Assembly (NCBI RefSeq): GCF_006345805.1
Contig: NW_021830129.1
Coordinates: 1-5,116 of the forward strand
Direction: 5' to 3'
Source of the DNA: Octopus sinensis
Taxonomy: Eukaryota
Length of the DNA: 5,116 nucleotides
Shown here: in pieces, positions 1 through 5,116 of the stretch
How positions within the stretch are numbered: position 1 is the first letter of the stretch
Layout: every line of letters begins with the position of its first letter
Translations under genes and position numbers: made by a program
The notes under the pieces: generated by a model
The model's database searches: none
What the model saw: the letters and a program-made list of their open reading frames with translations, nothing else
What the model was told of the DNA's origin: nothing

Positions 1-300
1 TCCAGGTGCTTGTTCAGCCTTTGTGATATCACTGCAGTAAATGCCTTGAACATAGTAGGGAGGCAGGTTATAGGTCTGTAGTTTTCTGGTTTTTCTGTTT
101 CATTTGATTTGGAATTAAAATGGTTTTTCCCTTCGTGAGCCATTCAGGCATTGTCTCTGGCTCTGCTAGTACGTTGTTAAAGTTTTCAGCCAGCTTTTTG
201 TGCATTCCTGTTAGATATTTCAACCAGAAGTGGGGATCTTGTCATGCCCAGGTGCCTTCCAGTTGCTTAGTCTTTGCAGTGCCTGGGTGACCTCTTCAGT
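1..300 (-). pseudogene. Reverse transcriptase N-terminal subdomains of a non-LTR element, frameshifted twice
   Basis: Reconstructed peptide: TEEVTQALQRLSNWKAPGHDKIP(N)FWLKYLTGMHKKLAENFNNVLAEPETMPEWLTKGKTILIP(K)SNETEKPENYRPITCLPTMFKAFTAVISQRLNKHL. K(A/S)PGxD and NYRPI(T/S)L are canonical non-LTR RT motifs. Confidence 0.93.
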
Positions 301-1680
301 TGTTTATGGAGTCCAAATTTGTTCAGATGCCGAGTTTGTTATTTTGATACTCCTTTTTTGGTGGTTCGTTTCGCCGACATATTTCTCCCAGAATTCTTCC
401 AATTCTTCTGCCGTTGGTGCTGCAGTGACTTCTATTTTATTTTTGCCCAGTTCTTGGTAGAACTTTTTGGGGTTGGAGTGTGAACTTTTTGTTTTCTTCA
501 AAGAAGCATTGGCGTTTCTTGTACCGGCGGATCCTTTGTGCGTTGGCAAGGATATTCTTGCTTCAGCTTTTCTTTTATTTCAGGCAAATCTTTTTCTGTG
601 ATGTTATATTTGCGGAGTATTTTTGTTCTCTTTTTGTTGCTCAGTAGCGTTGATTCTTGCTGATTTCATTAAGAATCGACATATCTTTTCTATTTTTTTA
701 TTGCTTTGGATGTTATTTATCCACAGGGTTTGTTTGGGTGTGGTGTTACTCTGTTGGGCGGGTTTGGGTGAGTATCCAGCTTCTTTTGTGGCTGCAGTGG
801 CTGCTGCGTATATTAGGTTATTTAGCTCAGTGATATCACTTTTTTTTTGATTCAGTGGCTATCAGTTCAGTGACGGCTAGGTTTATGCTGTTTATAATAG
901 GTGTTGTTATTCGTTTAGTTTGTTCTTGGGAGGTATGGTCGGTGGTCCATTTTGAGCTCTGTGGTTTTCAGTTCTTTGATTATTTTATTTTTTATATTAT
1001 CATAATCATTAGGCTCCCCTTCGTTGTTTAACATGTGTTTGTTGGGAATGTGCGTTTGTCTTCGTGTTTTACAGTTTCAGTGTTTATATTATTGGGCATT
1101 GTTGTGTGGCTTCTATCTACATTTTCCTGGTGTATGTTTTCTTTTAGGTGTTCTATTTCTATTTCTGATATTTTTTTGTGTTGAGAATGTATCTTCGTAC
1201 GTTAGCTAATTTATTAGGGTTCATTGCTGTATCCAAGTCTAAATCTCTATATTTTCCTTCCATATTTTATATGTATGTGTGTTGTATTTTCATTTTTTGG
1301 GTATAGAGTACTGCTGTGAGTATGCGTGTAAGATAGAATGATTCCTCACGTGTCCATTTACGTCTTTTGGGTTTTATTTGCGGGACATGAGGTACAACGT
1401 CCGGCCCATTATTTTGACGGTCGTCATTTTCGTAGGGTACCGGTCCGTTTATTTCTGTTGTCACATTATTCGCACGTGTAGTTTTTCGTACATTTTTTGT
1501 GTAGGTTAATGTACATACCGCTCGATTGTTATTCTTGGGTGAATAGTATCGGTGGCATTTAATTTCTTCTAGTAGTTCCTTTGTACATGGTGTTTGGGGT
1601 CGGAGATGATCGTGATGTTTCACGCATGTTTACATGTGTTGCGTTAGAGGTGGAGATGATATCGAGTCAAAATACATCAT
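1..1680 (-). pseudogene. Disrupted single ORF of the retrotransposon (N-terminal region plus start of reverse transcriptase)
   Basis: The track ORFs 1267..1623(-) and 304..549(-) are pieces of it. In-frame stops occur at ~1630 and 304-306. Frameshifts are needed at ~231 (KIP/NFWLKYL), ~109 (ILIPK/SNETEKPENYRP), ~480 and ~555, with more between 600 and 1340. A candidate start ATGATG at 1680 (MMYFDSISSPPL) is tentative. Confidence 0.85.
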
Positions 1681-1817
1681 TTCGTTTCGAAAATAGTAAT
1701 AAATTTCAATTTGTATTACTTACTCGGATACCGTCCAATTCTTTGTTAGTAAAACTTTGGCTCCATAGGATGTCCTTGTTTTCGATGTTTGTGGATAGGT
1801 TTCGGAGGAGCTCTGAA

Positions 1818-1863
1818 TTCTTCTTCTTCTTCTTCTTCTTCTTCTTCTTCCTTCTTCTTATTA

Positions 1864-1900
<37 letters not shown>

Positions 1901-1920
1901 TTTATTATTATTATTATTAT
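1818..1920. repeat. Compound trinucleotide microsatellite (TTC)n then (TTA)n
   Basis: (TTC)11 at 1818-1850, one interruption and two more TTC, then an imperfect (TTA)n at 1858-1920. Confidence 0.98.
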
Positions 1921-2475
1921 GAGTGAGAGAGCAGTGCATGCCATCAAAGTGACACTGGGGTATAATATACGAAGCCCAGTATACCCATCATGACTACTCA
2001 TCTGATAAGGGTACACCAGGCACATGCATCACAACCATATATGTGCGACATGATGATCTCATATCAAGATAAACAGCGCATGACCTTGCAGGAGGGGCCC
2101 AGTTAGAGATTTTCTTCTAGTCGAGTAACCCATCCTGCTCAAAAGGTCCCTGAATAAGGATTGTTTAAGGATGTTGAACGAAACACCCATGTTTCCAAAG
2201 GTGAATTATCCAAATCCCAAATAATCCCTCTCAACACATGGCTATGATGCTCCTCCTCCACTTCTGCTCGTGATCAGAGATGCACATATCGTCAGCCACT
2301 AAGGGACATACTCAACTGGTTATGGTCAAACAACTGACAAGCAAATCTGTGGTACTGAGCAGAATATTTGCTGTAATCCATCTTTTATACCAAGACAAAA
2401 CAATGTACATGATAACACCTCCAATCAGTTAAGATCAGAAGCCATGAGAGCCACTGCTTGGTACTGCATCAGGGC
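1921..2475 (-). mobile_element. 555-bp non-coding interspersed element embedded in a TAA microsatellite (probable non-autonomous retroelement; strand tentative)
   Basis: Sharp boundaries against (TTA)n on both sides, balanced base composition unlike the AT-rich flanks, and no ORF or Pol III boxes that I can see. It resembles an abundant octopus repeat as I recall it (unverified). Strand is inferred from the (TAA)n tail orientation shared with its neighbours. Confidence 0.7.
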
Positions 2476-2520
2476 ATTATTATTATTATTATTACTATTA
2501 TTATTATTATTATTATTTAT
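2476..2520. repeat. (ATT)n microsatellite
   Basis: About 14 near-perfect ATT units with one ACT variant. Confidence 0.98.
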
Positions 2521-2591
2521 GTCACTGCCTGGAATCGAACTCGGAATCTTCGGGTTAGCAGCTCGCGCTCTTAACCACTACGCCATATGCC
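2521..2591 (-). mobile_element. tRNA-derived SINE-like head / tRNA pseudogene with (TAA)n tail
   Basis: The reverse complement is GGCATATGGCGTAGTGGTTAAGAGCGCGAGCTGCTAACCCGAAGATTCCGAGTTCGATTCCAGGCAGTGAC. Box A TGGCGTAGTGG (2585-2575) and box B GAGTTCGATTC (2542-2532) have tRNA spacing, with an anticodon-like loop CTGCTAA. The acceptor stem cannot pair and the T-stem has two mismatches, so it is not a functional tRNA. Confidence 0.85.
2575..2585 (-). promoter_or_regulatory. RNA polymerase III internal promoter box A (paired with box B at 2532-2542)
   Basis: TGGCGTAGTGG matches the TRGCNNAGYGG consensus exactly; box B GAGTTCGATTC is close to GGTTCRANNC. Confidence 0.75.
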
Positions 2592-2650
2592 GTCAAATGT
2601 AAATAATATAAATAATGAACAGTAAATAGAACGGCAACTTATTCATTATC

Positions 2651-2886
2651 GACCCACTGAAGACGCCCCTACCCGATCGGTCAAACTGCTAGAAATAACA
2701 GTAATTAAATCATTAAATCGTACTCTTTTATCTTAGAAACGGAAACACATTCGGTAACGTCGTCCTAGGTACAATTTTTATCTAAAAAATGACGGTATGA
2801 TCAAAGCTGGAGTACCTTCGATTGTAGGTAGGCTCGATCCGGGTTGACCTGGCACTAAGCAACAACAACATCATCAACAACAACAA
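2651..2886 (+). mobile_element. Degenerate 3' fragment of a SINE/LINE-type repeat ending in a (CAA)n tail
   Basis: It ends ...GGCTCGATCCGGGTTGACCTGGCACTAAG followed by a (CAA/CAT)n tail at 2860-2886. TCAAACTGCTAGAAATAACAG and GTCCTAG resemble an octopus repeat as I recall it (unverified). The 5' boundary is uncertain. Confidence 0.55.
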
Positions 2887-2942
2887 TACGATAGTAACAA
2901 CAAGAGCGAATGTATTTTAACTGCTTCATGCCTTCTTTTGAT

Positions 2943-2971
2943 CCCCCTCCTCCTCCTCCTCCCCCTTCCCC
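2943..2971. repeat. (CCT)n / C-rich low-complexity tract
   Basis: CCCCCTCCTCCTCCTCCTCCCCCTTCCCC. Confidence 0.9.
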
Positions 2972-3099
2972 AACCGCCCACCTCGTTTGTCTGGTCTCGT
3001 GCCAAAATTTGAAATCTTTATTAGTTGTTTGAAGAGTTCCTTTTGTCGACGTCTGGTCCTCGATTCTGATACTGTCTGCGGGTATAGAACATGGTAAGC

Positions 3100-3133
3100 T
3101 TGTTGTTGTTGTTGCTGTTGCTGCTGTTATTGT
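3100..3133. repeat. (TTG/CTG)n microsatellite, followed by a T-rich run to ~3170
   Basis: TTGTTGTTGTTGTTGCTGTTGCTGCTGTTATTGT. Confidence 0.9.
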
Positions 3134-3830
3134 GGTTTTAATTTTTACCTCTTTTTTTTTTGTATTTTTGGTGGAGGGGGAAGATGGGTTGAATTGTTGA
3201 GCGTCTGAAAGGAATGCGTGGTGCATTTATTAATGTCAAACTTAAATAAATAGTCGATCACTCACAATCTAAAACACATTGATTTTAAACGTATTTCTCG
3301 TTCTGGCTGCTAAATCACACAGCTTTTCTTTTTACATATTATTCGACCTTAGAACATTTTCCCGTATTCTGGATTCAATGAGATGGAAATATGGCGTACC
3401 TTCATGTCTATGAACAATGGTTAAGGAAAAGGCAAGATAATTCGTAAATTTGTAATAATAGCTCGTAAACATGATATACAGCCATTTAGATTGTACAGAA
3501 AAGATGGAATCTGAAAATGAAAATCAAGTTGAAATCAAGTCAATCAAACATTTGACTTAATAAACAATGGAACAATGGCCGACACATAACATTTAAGAAT
3601 TCGATTGATGAATAACGTTAACAGCTAAAATATGCATCTATATCTTCTGTGTTTATGTGAAGCTATATAATTATGTATAAACAGAAGAGAGAAGCGTTCT
3701 ATCAGTGTGTTTATGTGTAGCTTAATAGATACGTCTAAGAATTCGGCAGATTTGTTGTATGTCTGTGTATGTGTTTAGATGTACGTAATAACTAGTTATA
3801 CATAAACACTATCCAGTTACAATCTATATA

Positions 3831-3838
3831 TCTGTCTG

Positions 3839-3889
<51 letters not shown>

Positions 3890-3910
3890 GTCTGTCTATC
3901 TATCTATCTA
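3831..3910. repeat. (TCTA)n/(TCTG)n tetranucleotide microsatellite (GATA/GACA type)
   Basis: 20 tetranucleotide units, mostly TCTA with TCTG variants. Confidence 0.98.
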
Positions 3911-4052
3911 CAAACATAGATATGTATGTATAAGTGTGGATGTGTGTATTTGTGTTTATATAGCATACATTGTAAGACTATTGTATAATTCCGGATGTGC
4001 TCTCTTTCAATGTACCTGTATCTGTACTTGAATGTGTTTGTGTGTTTATATG

Positions 4053-4075
4053 TATATATATATATATATATATAT
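4053..4075. repeat. (TA)n microsatellite
   Basis: Perfect TA run directly abutting the first SINE copy. Confidence 0.97.
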
Positions 4076-4447
4076 GGACTTCAGTCCCACTGCGTGGCAC
4101 CTTGGGCAAGTGTCCTCTACTAGATTTTCGGGCAAACCAAAGCCTTCTTGTAGAAGGAAACTGAAAGAAGCCCATCGTATGTATGTATATATATTTGTGT
4201 GTGAGTGAGTGTGTTTGTCTGTCTGTCTGTGCGGTTGTGTGTGTGTGTGTGGTCCCCAACACCACTTGACAACCTGTGTTGGCGCGTTTACGTCCCTATA
4301 GCATAGCGGTTAGGCAAACAAACCGATGGAATAAGTACCAGTCTTTCAAAACATAAGTACTGGGGTCAATACATTCGAAAACATGCTTCAAGACGGTGCT
4401 CCAGCATGGACACAGTCAAATGACTGAAACAAAGAAAAGATAAAAGA
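4076..4447 (+). mobile_element. 5'-truncated tRNA-derived, CORE-like SINE (octopus OR/OK-type) with internal microsatellite and intact 3' tail
   Basis: It begins at the box B remnant (TTCAGTCCCAC). TGGCACCTTGGGCAAGTGTC resembles the CORE-SINE motif GTGACCTTGGGCAAGTCAC. An internal TA/TG/TCTG tract spans 4178-4250, and the 3' end has the hairpin CAGTC-AAAT-GACTG (4413-4426) then an A-rich tail. Bases 4080-4179 align with 4510-4619 inside this window. Confidence 0.88.
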
Positions 4448-4454
4448 CATATAT

Positions 4455-4619
4455 AGTCGCAGGCGTGGGTGTGTGGTAAGAAGCTTGCTGTCCAACCGCA
4501 AGGTTCCGGGTTCGGTCCCACTGCATGACACACTGGACAAATGTCTTCTACTATAGCCTCGGGCCGGCCAAAGCTTTGTGAGTGGATTCATAGACGGAGA
4601 CTGAAAGAAGCCCGTCGTA
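4455..4619 (+). mobile_element. 3'-truncated copy of the same SINE with the tRNA-like head retained
   Basis: Box A-like TGGGTGTGTGG (4466-4476) and box B GGTTCGGTCC (4509-4518), then a core matching copy 1 up to CTGAAAGAAGCCC(G/A)TCGTA. It stops where copy 1 enters its internal microsatellite. Confidence 0.88.
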
Positions 4620-5090
4620 CACGAAACCGTATCGTTTATATTCATATAGAAGAAGAAATGAAAATGGAGATTAGGCAGTTAATTGTTTATCATTAACAAC
4701 AAATCAACCATCTTACCTTACAGCTGTTTCAATTAAACCTCAGTAAATTAATTTCATATTAAATTCATATGCCCTGAGCTTAATATCTTCAGAGAGAAAA
4801 AAAGATACCCTTGGATGTTTTATAGATGTGTTTATGGATTCATTATAGCGGACTGAAAGATACTGTTTATGATTTGTATTTTTATGTGTTCAGACAAGGG
4901 GTTTTCAGGTTGGTTGCAGATAAGATAGAGAAAGTAAATAGAATTAGAGCAATTAATGAATTAATTAAATAGAGATGATAGAGGAAATTTAAATATAAAT
5001 AAAGTAAGAATATAATATACGTTTATTAGGTATAAATAAAGTTAAGAAAATTTGAGTATATGCAAGTACACCTCATATATATATTACTTT

Positions 5091-5111
5091 TATATATATA
5101 TATATATATAT
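5091..5111. repeat. (TA)n microsatellite
   Basis: TA run at the window end. Confidence 0.95.
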
Positions 5112-5116
5112 ATTAT

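Larger units (their letters stand above)
1..1817 (-). mobile_element. Decayed R4/Dong-clade (restriction-like endonuclease type) non-LTR retrotransposon, 5' portion; 3' part lies outside the window
   Basis: Minus-strand translation across frameshifts gives motifs in the expected R4/Dong order: KRRKWTREE (1368-1342), NKLANVRRYILN (1215-1180), SDITELNNLIYAAA (840-799), QRIRRYKKR (538-512), NPKKFYQELGKNKIEV..PTAEELEEFW, then RT motifs NWKAPGHD (264-241) and NYRPITCLPTMFK (83-45). The coding strand is strongly A-rich. The 5' boundary is placed at the microsatellite starting at 1818 and is approximate. Confidence 0.9.

Noticed and set aside
230-1209. Plus-strand ORFs 230..460, 274..483, 623..850 and 1024..1209 with hydrophobic, membrane-like translations
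   Set aside because: They are antisense shadows of the A-rich retrotransposon strand; T-rich codons give F/L/V/C by default.
1581-1922. 113-aa ORF ending in poly-F/poly-Y/poly-L
   Set aside because: The homopolymers are translations of the (TTC)n/(TTA)n microsatellite.
1818-2520. CRISPR-like or prokaryotic repeat-spacer arrangement
   Set aside because: The repeats are simple trinucleotide microsatellites of variable length in a clearly eukaryotic, SINE/LINE-rich context.
2521-2591. Functional tRNA-Ser(GCT)
   Set aside because: There is no acceptor-stem pairing, the T-stem is mismatched, the long variable arm expected of tRNA-Ser is absent, and it runs into a TAA tail.
2657-2697. Hammerhead ribozyme core CTGAAGA...GAAA
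   Set aside because: No stem II closes between the two motifs and I find no stem I/III pairing. CTGATGC at the end of the 555-bp element also fails the CUGANGA core.
2855-3226. 123-aa minus-strand ORF with poly-T, poly-G and poly-V runs
   Set aside because: It is built from microsatellites and low-complexity tracts, with no recognisable domain.
3353-3419. Possible 67-nt coding exon (NIFPYSGFNEMEIWRTFMSMNN) after a pyrimidine-rich ...CCTTAG acceptor
   Set aside because: The donor (G|GTTAAG) is weak, the peptide is not recognisable and there is no partner exon in the window. RNA-seq junction reads would be needed.
3978-4645. Minus-strand ORFs 3978..4265 and 4388..4645 sharing FFQ.PS...LW.AR..SR.HL..V..SGTE
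   Set aside because: The shared peptide just reflects the two SINE copies read antisense; it is not a protein repeat.
4835-4860. TGGATTCATTATAGCGGACTGAAAGA resembles the SINE core at 4583-4608
   Set aside because: It is only ~26 bp with indels in AT-rich DNA; it could be a third relic but is too short to support.

Overview
This is AT-rich, repeat-dense, non-genic eukaryotic DNA. The repeat families suggest an Octopus or other cephalopod genome; that is inferred from recalled SINE sequences, not from a search. No intact gene is present, and every ORF in the supplied track is an antisense shadow, a microsatellite read-through or a fragment of a decayed retrotransposon ORF. Bases 1-~1817 (minus strand) are the 5' part of a decayed R4/Dong-clade non-LTR retrotransposon. 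Manual translation across frameshifts recovers a Myb-like KRRKWTREE motif, ITELNNLIYAAA, QRIRRYKKR...PKKFYQEL and the start of the RT domain (NWKAPGHD...PEWLTKGKTILIPK...NYRPITCLPTMFK); the rest runs off the left edge. Upstream, separated only by (TAA)n tracts, sit a 555-bp non-coding element and a ~70-bp tRNA-like Pol III unit. Together they look like a nest of insertions in one TAA microsatellite, the target type known for Dong elements. The right half holds a degenerate (CAA)n-tailed repeat, several microsatellites and two partial head-to-tail copies of a tRNA-derived, CORE-like SINE.
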